Shown here one piece after another: positions 1-8,586 of a stretch of 64,000 bases of DNA. Within the stretch, counting starts at the first letter, position 1, and each line of letters opens with the position of its first letter. The notes under the pieces were generated by a model. The model was not told the DNA's origin, made no database searches, and was given only the letters and a program-made list of their open reading frames with translations. The stretch spans positions 1,088,001 to 1,152,000 of the forward strand of contig CBDHHL010000056.1 in NCBI GenBank assembly GCA_965263355.1. The letters run 5' to 3'. Both the position numbers and the translations under genes were made by a program. This DNA comes from Leptolyngbyaceae cyanobacterium. GTDB lineage: Bacteria > Cyanobacteriota > Cyanobacteriia > Phormidesmidales > Phormidesmidaceae.

Positions 1-44
1 GATTGCCCTGAAATAGATAATTGGCACGATTCGAGTATCGGCAT
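1..44 (-). CDS. 5' end of a probable CDS running off the left edge (MPILESCQLSISGQ...)
   Basis: Minus-strand ATG at 44-42 with GGAAGG SD-like motif 6 nt upstream; frame open to the window edge. Confidence 0.45.
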   Translation of the reverse strand, partial: MPILESCQLSISGQ

Positions 45-104
45 ACTCATCCTTCCTTATCTATGGAACGAGACACCCCTACGATAGGCATTAAAACTGG
101 CATT

Positions 105-127
105 GTCGTTACAGAAAAAGTCTGGTA
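105..127. promoter_or_regulatory. Candidate operator, copy 1 (GTCGTTACAGAAAAAGTCTGGTA)
   Basis: 22/23 identical to 2685-2707; both copies intergenic and upstream of minus-strand ORFs. Confidence 0.5.
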
Positions 128-152
128 GTTTGCAACAAGATGTCAGGAAAAA

Positions 153-914
153 TCAATTAAATGATGCTCCATAGACGCGTGATGGTTGCTTTTGTGCATA
201 GTTCAGACAGTCGTTGAGCAAGTGGGTAAAAATTTCAAATATTTGTTCAACCCTGTTAAGGGCATGCTTCAGATCAGTTGGAGATAGCTGCGTATGATTG
301 ATCAGATGCATAGACTCATTTGAATAAAGACTATGCTCAGAGTCAGCCGCAAAATGACTGCTAGCAAAATACTGATACTGTTTTCCTGTTATCGCTTGTA
401 GCTCTTGGCCAACTTGGGCGGCGGCGGCAAAAAAGACATTGCTTGTTGCTTCTAGAGCCTCAATTACCACCAGTTTCTGGATAGGAGTAGCCTGACAGGA
501 ATATCGATATAGCTCATACACAACCCAACGAGCCACCTGGGTATTGTCTCCCCACATAAATGTCAAAGCATCACTCAAACGCAAGGTTTGATCCATGCCA
601 AATCTTTTCAAGTCAGTGAGAAACCATACCCAATGATGGTCATCCTCATAGGTATGGTGATTGATCAGTTGCTGAATTGGATCATGGGTGGGCTCATCTC
701 GGAAAATAGATGTGTTTAATTCTGCAAACCCCATCACTAGAGGTGCCAGACAGGGCGCAAATGAAAGCCGTTGGGCTGGATCGATTTGCTTATTCAAAAA
801 GAACTGGAAAAAAGGATGTTGGGCAAATTCTTGCTTGTGATGATCTATGGAAAGCAATACTTGTCGTATGCTGGTCTCTGAAGTCTGGGGGAAATCAATA
901 CAATTAATAGTCAT
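153..914 (-). CDS. Heme-oxygenase-like diiron oxidase (HDO), AetD-like
   Basis: Motifs HTYEDDHHWVWFLTDL, VIEALE and SHFAADSEH match my recollection of AetD (HTQEDAKHWEWFLNDL, VIEAME, SHVEVETGH); similar length. Confidence 0.75.
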   Translation of the reverse strand: MTINCIDFPQTSETSIRQVLLSIDHHKQEFAQHPFFQFFLNKQIDPAQRLSFAPCLAPLVMGFAELNTSIFRDEPTHDPIQQLINHHTYEDDHHWVWFLTDLKRFGMDQTLRLSDALTFMWGDNTQVARWVVYELYRYSCQATPIQKLVVIEALEATSNVFFAAAAQVGQELQAITGKQYQYFASSHFAADSEHSLYSNESMHLINHTQLSPTDLKHALNRVEQIFEIFTHLLNDCLNYAQKQPSRVYGASFN

Positions 915-992
915 GTTAGAAGACTTGTAGATTGGAGCTGCAGGATAAAGATATTTTCAGGAAAGAAACGACTCGTTGTCCAAGCCCTCAAA

Positions 993-2231
993 TCAAACAG
1001 TAGTGGTATAACTCACCAAGAATGTCACCTCAGCGCGTTGGCTATCGCCATTGCCCATTGTGGTAATAAAGACCCCATCGCCTTTAGGCGTAATCCCACC
1101 ACCAAAGACTTTGCCACTGCGGGTATCGTAGGTTAGATGTAGGTCTCGCTGATTACGAATAGCGCTGATATCCGCATGTTCATCACTACTGCCACCGTCT
1201 GATTCAAAGATTTTGATCGAGATAGGAATTCGGTTTTTAGTCACACTGACCGGCTGCTTAAAGAAGAAATTAGGATAGGCATCATCATCATTGTTAATAC
1301 TCTTTGTACGGGGCTTTGCAACCCCATCAATGGCCACCCTGGCATAGAAATCCGCTTCGCCCCGACCCCAACCTTCAAAATCATCCAGGGCTTTGATCCG
1401 CCGAATCCTAACTGTCAATAGCGCATCCCTGACCGGTGTACCCATTAGCCGTAGATGATAGCGAGTACGCCCCGGCTTTGGTTTGCGTACCTGCACCAGA
1501 TAATGACCAGGAGTAAGTAGGTCACTCTCAACAGTTTCAGACGTTGCGCGCAGGTGTCTAGAATCAATGAGTTTGGTACCCTGTTGGTCATACAGGCTCA
1601 GTTGTACCCTGGCATTAAATTGACTAGCGGTTGCCGAAAATTTGCTGGGGGCGACCAGCTTAAAGCGATAATAGTCACTTCTGTCGCGACTACCGTCAAT
1701 TTCTCCAATCACATCACGCACACCATTGAGGTTGACCAAACCATCTCGATCTAAGCGATGTGCATTAGCTGGAAAATCGTTGTTTTCCCGTTCTGGTTCT
1801 AATACATTAGGTTGCACCGCCAGTTCCATCCGATAGGGGGTATCACCCGGCCCCTGACTTAAAACCTGTAGGTAGTAGGTGCTGTTGCCCAGTCCATGAA
1901 TATCAATGACTTGGTTACCATTGTTATCTAGGCTCGACTGAGTAATCACATCACCTGGGTATACATAGCGATCATTTTGGACATCTCTAATTAGCCGGAC
2001 GGTGGCTGTCGTGCCAACATCGGGAAGTTTACAGGTCAGACTGCCTGTGGCCATCGAAAATTGATAGTTTCTTACTTTACCTGCAGGCAATGTTTCTGCA
2101 AAGATAATGGAATCATTTACCTGACCAACAACGGTAATGGGAGAGAGAATTGATGCCGTTGGAAAGGTACTCTGAGTATCAATTGAGTTGGATACAATTG
2201 TAGTGTTAGGCGTTAGGGGTGTAGAAGCCAT
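993..2231 (-). CDS. PPC (pre-peptidase C-terminal)-like beta-domain protein with C-terminal C2-like acidic domain
   Basis: ENND, DRSDYYRF and PGHYLVQV PPC-type motifs; C-terminal DDFEG..ADFY and ESDGGSSDE motifs. Confidence 0.6.
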   Translation of the reverse strand: MASTPLTPNTTIVSNSIDTQSTFPTASILSPITVVGQVNDSIIFAETLPAGKVRNYQFSMATGSLTCKLPDVGTTATVRLIRDVQNDRYVYPGDVITQSSLDNNGNQVIDIHGLGNSTYYLQVLSQGPGDTPYRMELAVQPNVLEPERENNDFPANAHRLDRDGLVNLNGVRDVIGEIDGSRDRSDYYRFKLVAPSKFSATASQFNARVQLSLYDQQGTKLIDSRHLRATSETVESDLLTPGHYLVQVRKPKPGRTRYHLRLMGTPVRDALLTVRIRRIKALDDFEGWGRGEADFYARVAIDGVAKPRTKSINNDDDAYPNFFFKQPVSVTKNRIPISIKIFESDGGSSDEHADISAIRNQRDLHLTYDTRSGKVFGGGITPKGDGVFITTMGNGDSQRAEVTFLVSYTTTV

Positions 2232-2347
2232 GATAGTAGGAGATAGAATTTACTTGCAGTTTATTGATTTGGCATTTAAGACCAAATCTCTGTTACCAGT
2301 TGTGCGCTCAGACAGGGGTACATTGGCTGAGATAACCTGTCGTTTTA

Positions 2348-2515
2348 CTAACTGAATGTAGTAGGCAACGCTGCTATTAGCCACTTGCAAACCAGACGAT
2401 CGTCTTCAAGTATCCACGTTGCGATAAGCTGAGATTTAGGTTTAACAACAGTAGTCAACTGTTGAGTATGAGACTTATTAGTTTTAGTAGCTAATGTTTT
2501 AATAGTTGCAGTCAT
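2348..2515 (-). CDS. 55-aa small protein with C-terminal LIATWILEDDRLVCKW motif
   Basis: ATG at 2515 preceded by GGAG SD; the longer 125-aa call extends through the AT-rich promoter region and is unlikely. Confidence 0.65.
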   Translation of the reverse strand: MTATIKTLATKTNKSHTQQLTTVVKPKSQLIATWILEDDRLVCKWLIAALPTTFS

Positions 2516-2684
2516 GATACTTTTCTCCAAGTAATATGATGATTGTGATAACCCGCGCAAAACAAATGGATAATTGATTGATTGACCGAAAACGCCTGAC
2601 TTATGAGTGACTTGTTTTGAGATCAAACGTTTTTGAACTGCGTTTGAATCTATATTTACAAGAGTAAATAGAACGCTTAAATTC

Positions 2685-2752
2685 GTCGTTACAGAAAATG
2701 TCTGGTAAGTTCTAGATCCTGACATTTAACGACATTTCCTGTAATGCCGGAC
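2685..2752. promoter_or_regulatory. Divergent promoter region with candidate operator copy 2 and inverted half-sites
   Basis: GTCGTTACAGAAAATGTCTGGTA at 2685-2707; GACATTT at 2721 and 2731; CCTGAC, AACGAC and CCGGAC in the opposite orientation. Confidence 0.5.
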
Positions 2753-2811
2753 CTCTTAATATGCGCGTAGTCTAGAGCTAATTGCAACTGGGCTCTTCGA
2801 ACAAGATAACA

Positions 2812-3753
2812 ATGACTACACCCTATACCTATGAATCCACCTGGCGAGAGTCTCAAGCAGTCAACTGGCGTGTGGAAGATCTGATTGGTCCTGATAAGCC
2901 AATGGACTTTTGTCTTCCTTTTTTGCCAGATAGCCTGGTCCGTGCGGCGGATAGTGGCTGTTTAAATCTTGAGCAACAACTGGTGCTCAATCATATTCGA
3001 GCCCATAGCTATCTACACCTGTTTGTTTTAGTGGAAGCATTTATTATTCCCATGGTGTTGGAACAGGTTAAACAGATGGGCTATGGCAATATAGTGGCCA
3101 TTCAGGCTCTGCTGGGGTTTGCCGAGGAGGAAGGCAAGCATATTAATATGTTTCAGCAGTTTATGGCAGCCTTTGAGCAGGGAGGCCATTATCGCTGCCA
3201 ATGTGTAGGTCCCCTGGAAGAGGTGGCTCGAAAAATTGGGTCTTATCTCCCCCTTAGTGTGTTGCTGTTGACGCTCCAATTTGAGTGGACAACACAAATT
3301 CACTATTTAGAAAGTATTCGTCAGCACCAGGAGCAGCTTGACCCGCGCTTTTGTGATTTACTCAAGTATCACTGGCTCGAAGAAGCGCAACATACCAAGC
3401 TTGATACCTTGATGGCTTACGGGCTGGTGGACCAGATGTCTGCATCTGAAATTGATATGGCTATTGAAGGGTATTTTGAGCTGGTCCAGATGTTAGAGCA
3501 GACCCTGATAGCCCAGGCGAAATTAGATGTCTCAAGCCTGAGTCAGGCGCTAATGAATTCAACAGATCAGCATACTTCTCAGTTATTAACCAAACGTCAG
3601 CAGCAACGACTCTATGCGTCCCAGGCCGAAACCTATCGCTGGGGGTTTCTCTGTGCAGGGGTGGGGCATCCAAACTTTCTCAACGTTTTGCAGCATATTT
3701 GTCCCGCTGCAAAAGAGCGGGCTATTGGTTTAGTCAAGGCATTGTCTTATTAA
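2812..3753 (+). CDS. Ferritin-like diiron oxygenase (AurF-like)
   Basis: Two EXXH motifs (EEGKH, EEAQH), each preceded by a helix Glu (VEAF, FEW); ATG at 2812 preferred over TTG at 2782. Confidence 0.7.
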   Translation: MTTPYTYESTWRESQAVNWRVEDLIGPDKPMDFCLPFLPDSLVRAADSGCLNLEQQLVLNHIRAHSYLHLFVLVEAFIIPMVLEQVKQMGYGNIVAIQALLGFAEEEGKHINMFQQFMAAFEQGGHYRCQCVGPLEEVARKIGSYLPLSVLLLTLQFEWTTQIHYLESIRQHQEQLDPRFCDLLKYHWLEEAQHTKLDTLMAYGLVDQMSASEIDMAIEGYFELVQMLEQTLIAQAKLDVSSLSQALMNSTDQHTSQLLTKRQQQRLYASQAETYRWGFLCAGVGHPNFLNVLQHICPAAKERAIGLVKALSY

Positions 3754-3844
3754 GACTAGTTTCTGGGCAGGCGCAAGGCACAGCCCCTATATTTTTGACT
3801 GACTTGTGCATCAAACTTAGAAAACTTCTGCTAAGGTCAGATGA

Positions 3845-5248
3845 ATGATTCAGATGACCAACGTTATAGTTAGGGTCCCAATCAACATGATGGATATGGA
3901 ACGTGCGATCGCAGCCGCTAATCACGCCATGGTTCGTCACCTCGGACGCCACCTGAGCGATGTTGAAACTGAAATTCTTAAGGGATCTTGGCAGGGGCAA
4001 ACCTATGATCAAATTGCCTCGGCATCCGGATATTCCGATAGCTATTTGCGTCGGGATGTGGGAACTAAATTTTGGAAAGCATTGGGTCAGTCCCTGGGAG
4101 AAACGGTTAGCAAAAACAACTTTAAGGAAGCCCTGCGCCGCCATGCAGAGCAGTTATTAGAGCCCATTGACCTAACCCCTACGACTAGTGCTGATGTGGC
4201 CGCTAATAAGATATCTGACAAGCCAAAAAGTGTCGTTGTTAGTCGCGATCCCTATGAGTTTTACATTGAGCGTGCACCGTTAGAAACCATTTGCTGTGAT
4301 ACCCTACGTCAGCCTGGTGCCCTGGTACGGGTGAAAGCGCCTTCCCTGATGGGCAAAACCCTGCTGATGGATCATGTGCTATCTCAGCTTGAGACCGAGG
4401 GGCTAAGGACAGTGCGCATTAGTTTGGAACTGGCCGATCGCCAGGTACATTTTTCCAATCTCAATCGGTTTCTGCGCTGGTTATGTATCAACATTACCCG
4501 TGCCCTGGCCCTGCCCAATGAATTGGATGACTATTGGGATGAAGACGGCATGGGCAGTAAGGTGAGCTGTTCTACCTATGTGGAAGACTATTTGTTGGCC
4601 AGCTGTGATGATCCGTTGGTGATCTGTTTAGACGACATAGATTTGTTATTCCCCTACCCTGATATTTACGAAGACTTTTTTGGGTTGTTACGGTCATGGT
4701 ATGAAATGGCCCGTACCCGCAGCCGTCCCCGTTGGAAACAACTCCGTCTCGCCATTGTGCATTCTACGGATGTCTATATCCCGCTAAATATTAATCAATC
4801 CCCCTTTAATGTTGGTGTGCCCATTGAGCTGACCGAATTCACCCCAGAACAAACCGAGCGATTTGCCGCGCTTCATGGACTCACATCATCGTTAGATCTA
4901 CTCCCGTTGATTGCCATGGTGGGGGGACATCCCTATTTACTAGAGCAAGCGTTTGACTATTTAAAGGCCCATCCTGAAGCGTCTTTGGATACGTTGTTAG
5001 CAACAGCGCCCACTGAAGCTGGTATCTATGCGAATCATCTGCGAGAACATTGGATTACCCTGCGGGATGCCCCCGCTCTGACAGAGACCCTATGCCAGAT
5101 AGTACAGGCCAGTAAGCCTATGGTTTTGGAGTCGGTTCAGGCCCATCAACTCCACAGCATGGGGGTGATTAAGCTGACGGGCAATATAGCAGAGCCCCGT
5201 TGTCAACTGTATCGCCAATACTTTGCTACCCAATTGGGAGAGAGATAA
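3845..5248 (+). CDS. N-terminal HTH (vWA-MoxR-associated type) plus AAA_35 ATPase
   Basis: LSDVETEILKGSWQGQTYDQIA HTH-like segment; Walker A KAPSLMGKT; SPFNVG and GGHPYL AAA_35 motifs; start could be one of several ATGs (3845-3897). Confidence 0.8.
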   Translation: MIQMTNVIVRVPINMMDMERAIAAANHAMVRHLGRHLSDVETEILKGSWQGQTYDQIASASGYSDSYLRRDVGTKFWKALGQSLGETVSKNNFKEALRRHAEQLLEPIDLTPTTSADVAANKISDKPKSVVVSRDPYEFYIERAPLETICCDTLRQPGALVRVKAPSLMGKTLLMDHVLSQLETEGLRTVRISLELADRQVHFSNLNRFLRWLCINITRALALPNELDDYWDEDGMGSKVSCSTYVEDYLLASCDDPLVICLDDIDLLFPYPDIYEDFFGLLRSWYEMARTRSRPRWKQLRLAIVHSTDVYIPLNINQSPFNVGVPIELTEFTPEQTERFAALHGLTSSLDLLPLIAMVGGHPYLLEQAFDYLKAHPEASLDTLLATAPTEAGIYANHLREHWITLRDAPALTETLCQIVQASKPMVLESVQAHQLHSMGVIKLTGNIAEPRCQLYRQYFATQLGER

Positions 5249-7608
5249 TGGAAGGGGGCTATCTCTATCAGTCGGGGGGGAGTTTACCACCTGATGCCCC
5301 CAGCTATATTCCTCGGCAGGCCGATGATGATCTGTTTAGGGCACTGTTGGCAGGAACCTACTGTTATGTTTTAACCTCTCGCCAAATGGGAAAATCGTCC
5401 CTACGCGTGCGGACCGTAGAGCGTTTGTTTGATGCTGGGGTATGCTGCGCTGAGGTTGAACTATTGGGGATTGGCAGCCAGGAGATTACCACTAGCCAAT
5501 GGTATGGCGGTATTATTCAGGTCCTGATTTCTAGCCTGGGGCTGCGGATCAATCGCCGGCAGTGGCTGCGGGAACATGAAGATCTCTCACCCGTGCAACG
5601 TCTGGGCACGTTTGTGGAACAGGTGGTATTGCCTCAAACTCAGCAGCCGTTGGTGCTCTTTTTTGATGAAATTGACAGTGTTTTGGGCCTGAACTTTTCC
5701 ACGGATGATTTTTTTGGCCTGTTGCGAAACTGGCATGAGCAACGGGCCACTCGACCGGAGTATAAGCGCTTGACGGTGGTGATGCTGGGGGTGGCAACAC
5801 CGTCGGATCTAATGAAAAATTCCCACGCTACCCCGTTTAATATTGGTTGTGCCATTGAACTGCAACCCTTTAGCTATAGAGAGGCACAGCCGCTGCTCGC
5901 GGGTCTGGCAGCCGTTACAGCTGAGCCTAAGGCTGTCCTAAGGGAAATTTTGGCCTGGACTGGGGGACAACCCTTTTTGACTCAAAAGGTTTGTCAGCTG
6001 TTTGTGCAGGAGTCAGGGATCCGGTATCTGGGCTCCGGGACAGGGATCCGCACTCAGGTTTTGCCGTCTGTACAAACGTTGATTCAAACTCGGATTCTTG
6101 AGCATTGGCAGATTCAAGATGAGCCAGAGCATCTGCGGACAATTCAGAATCGGCTATTGCGTAATTCCCGTTCACCCCAGCGGTTGCTGCGTCTTTATCG
6201 CCAGGTGCTTAGGCGAGGGGGAGTTAGCGCTGATGACTCAGCTGACCAAATGGAGCTGAGGCTGACAGGGTTGGTGACCCGACGCCAGGGACGGTTGACT
6301 GTATTTAACCGGATTTATGCGACGGTGTTTGACCAGGCCTGGATCGGGCGGCAGCTGACGGAGTTATCGCCCCAGTCGTCGTTTAGCCTGTGGCCCCTAT
6401 GGCAATCGGCAATCACGGGGGTAGGGGCAGCGCTGCTGGTATTGCTGATACGTTCCCTGGGGGGACTACAGCCAGTAGAATTATTTGCCTTTGACCAGTT
6501 AGTGCGATCGCAACCCCCAGAATCCCCAGATGACCGATTTTTGATCATCACCGTCAGTGAAGCCGATATGCAGTATCAAGATCGTCTAGGGATGACGCGT
6601 CAGGGCTCCCTATCCGATGAGGCATTACTGCAGCTGTGGCAAAAGCTTAAACCCTATAATCCAAGGGTATTTGGGTTAGACCTGTATCATGACTTTGCCT
6701 TTTCACCTCCATTGGCGGCCCAGCTAGACGACCGGTTTATTGCCGTCTGTGAAATTGGTCAAACCATTGATGTCGATACCCCTGTTAGCATTGCATCCCC
6801 CCCTGGGATATCTACCGAACAGGTTGGCTTTACCGACTTTGCCATCGATCCTGACTATCGCATTCGGCGTCAGATTTTAGGCATTGATCGTACAGAGGCT
6901 TGTAATACCAATACAGCCTTTAGTTTAAAGGTGGCGATGCAGTATCTAGCGCCAGAGGGAATTTTTCTAGAATTTCTCTCACCGGATGTGATCCAGCTGG
7001 GGAATGTAAAAGTGCCTAAAATTCCGCCTACGGCTGGCGGGTATCGGCTGCATCCAGAGGAGCAGGCAGGCTACCAAATTTTAGTCAATTACCGTAGCCA
7101 GAGTCCCCGGCAGATTCCCCTCAGGCAAGTATTGGCGGGACAGGTGGATGACCAGCTGGATGAGTGGAGTCGCGATCGCATCGTACTAATTGGCCTAGCT
7201 GACCCCAAAGATGCCCAATTTATCCCCAAACAAGCCGCCCGTATGCTCGGCGTCACCATCCATGCCCAAAAAGCGAGTCAGTTAATAAGCGCCACCCTCG
7301 ATCATCGCCCGTTGATCTGGTGGCTACCGGAATGGGGGGAGGGACTATGGATTTTGGCCTGGACCGTCGGGAGTAACGGTGTGGTCTGGGGCGTTTACTA
7401 TTCGCTACATAACCGTTCTTTGCATAGTCAGTTTGTGCGTAATTATCCCCTGGTATGTGTTGTAGTACTAACAGGTATGACCTTTATTCTTTTAGCTGGA
7501 TGTTACCTAACGCTGTTAACTGGCGGCTGGCTACCACTAGTACCGCCCCTACTTGCAATGGCGCTTTCCCTGGGTAGCTCTACCAAGCTGAATCGTCCCA
7601 AGTTCTAA
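5248..7608 (+). CDS. AAA_35 ATPase plus CHASE2 membrane sensor
   Basis: GGSL..DAPSYI.RQAD, SRQMGKSS, FDEID, TPFNIG; then TM, CHASE2 motifs (FDQLVR, GLDLY, GVTIHAQ) and three C-terminal TMs; ATG overlaps the upstream stop (TAATG, 5246-5250). Confidence 0.85.
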   Translation: MEGGYLYQSGGSLPPDAPSYIPRQADDDLFRALLAGTYCYVLTSRQMGKSSLRVRTVERLFDAGVCCAEVELLGIGSQEITTSQWYGGIIQVLISSLGLRINRRQWLREHEDLSPVQRLGTFVEQVVLPQTQQPLVLFFDEIDSVLGLNFSTDDFFGLLRNWHEQRATRPEYKRLTVVMLGVATPSDLMKNSHATPFNIGCAIELQPFSYREAQPLLAGLAAVTAEPKAVLREILAWTGGQPFLTQKVCQLFVQESGIRYLGSGTGIRTQVLPSVQTLIQTRILEHWQIQDEPEHLRTIQNRLLRNSRSPQRLLRLYRQVLRRGGVSADDSADQMELRLTGLVTRRQGRLTVFNRIYATVFDQAWIGRQLTELSPQSSFSLWPLWQSAITGVGAALLVLLIRSLGGLQPVELFAFDQLVRSQPPESPDDRFLIITVSEADMQYQDRLGMTRQGSLSDEALLQLWQKLKPYNPRVFGLDLYHDFAFSPPLAAQLDDRFIAVCEIGQTIDVDTPVSIASPPGISTEQVGFTDFAIDPDYRIRRQILGIDRTEACNTNTAFSLKVAMQYLAPEGIFLEFLSPDVIQLGNVKVPKIPPTAGGYRLHPEEQAGYQILVNYRSQSPRQIPLRQVLAGQVDDQLDEWSRDRIVLIGLADPKDAQFIPKQAARMLGVTIHAQKASQLISATLDHRPLIWWLPEWGEGLWILAWTVGSNGVVWGVYYSLHNRSLHSQFVRNYPLVCVVVLTGMTFILLAGCYLTLLTGGWLPLVPPLLAMALSLGSSTKLNRPKF

Positions 7609-7698
7609 CATGTCGAAGTTTTGTCTACGCTCAGGTCGATACCCCCTATTCCTTATAATTACATTGAAATGTGAGCGCCATTTAAGAAAAAAGATATT

Positions 7699-8517
7699 AT
7701 GAATCAACTATTACGCGCTTTTGGATTAATAGTTTTACCATTGGGTTGCTTTAGTCTATTGACCAGTCCAGTATCAGCGCAGTCATTTTTTCTCCCAACG
7801 ATAACAAACCAGCTAACCAAACAAACAACCGCACTACCCCTGGAGTTTAATAATAACAGTAGCACTGATGGATTTGATGGTCAGGGACGCCCCCGCAGTC
7901 GGACATCAGGTGGATCGCGGGGGGGCTGTAGCGATTTATTGGTAGCGCTGGTACCCGGCAGTGGTACAGTTGCTGCCAACTCTACAACAGTCTGTAATGC
8001 AGCTTCAACATCAGACTTAGCTACCACATTAGAGAGTAGTCCCACCCTATGGTTTTATATTCCGACACAAACCCAGTCCGCAGTTAGTGCTGAGTTTGTG
8101 TTGTTAGACAACAATGATCGCGTTCTCTCCAGCGAGATGATCACCCTGCCTGATGACGGCGGAGTGATTAGTCTTCAGCTTAGTCACTCCCTAGAAACCG
8201 ATCAGGTTTATCATTGGATATTTTCTATTCTTAACTCTTCGAGCCCGTCTGAAAATCCAACCGTTGAAGGCAGTTTACAGCGCATTGAGGCTCAGCCTGA
8301 GTTATCAGGGGCCCTGGCTGCTGCCCCAGACGCGTTGTCTCGCATTCGAGCCTTATCTCAATATGGTGTTTGGCACGATACTCTCCATGGGTTGGCATTG
8401 TTGTACCAGACTGACCCCAACAATAGTAATTTACAAAACAACTGGGTTACCTTATTAGGGTCTGTTGGCTTAGAGGAGATTGCTAAAGCGGCCCCAGTTA
8501 ATTGTTGTGTCAATTAA
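7699..8517 (+). CDS. DUF928 domain exported protein
   Basis: Signal peptide; GRP..RTSGGSRGGC, PTLWFYIP, GVWHDTL and LLGSVGL motifs; typical CHASE2 neighbour. Confidence 0.85.
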   Translation: MNQLLRAFGLIVLPLGCFSLLTSPVSAQSFFLPTITNQLTKQTTALPLEFNNNSSTDGFDGQGRPRSRTSGGSRGGCSDLLVALVPGSGTVAANSTTVCNAASTSDLATTLESSPTLWFYIPTQTQSAVSAEFVLLDNNDRVLSSEMITLPDDGGVISLQLSHSLETDQVYHWIFSILNSSSPSENPTVEGSLQRIEAQPELSGALAAAPDALSRIRALSQYGVWHDTLHGLALLYQTDPNNSNLQNNWVTLLGSVGLEEIAKAAPVNCCVN

Positions 8518-8523
8518 TCACCC

Positions 8524-8544
8524 GTAGGTTGGGCATCGCCCACC
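8524..8544. repeat. GTAG-type REP-like hairpin
   Basis: GTAGGTTGGGCATCGCCCACC; related copies at 52114-52134 and 59930-59945. Confidence 0.6.
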
Positions 8545-8586
8545 ATCAATGGGCAGTAGTTTTGAATCGATAGAACAGTAAGTAAC

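Noticed and set aside
2516..2725. 125-aa extension of the small ORF
   Set aside because: Runs through the AT-rich divergent promoter and operator motifs; the SD supports the ATG at 2515
5200..5247. Upstream start for AAA_35-CHASE2
   Set aside because: Overlaps the previous gene; the TAATG-coupled ATG at 5248 directly precedes the family's YQ.GGSL start motif
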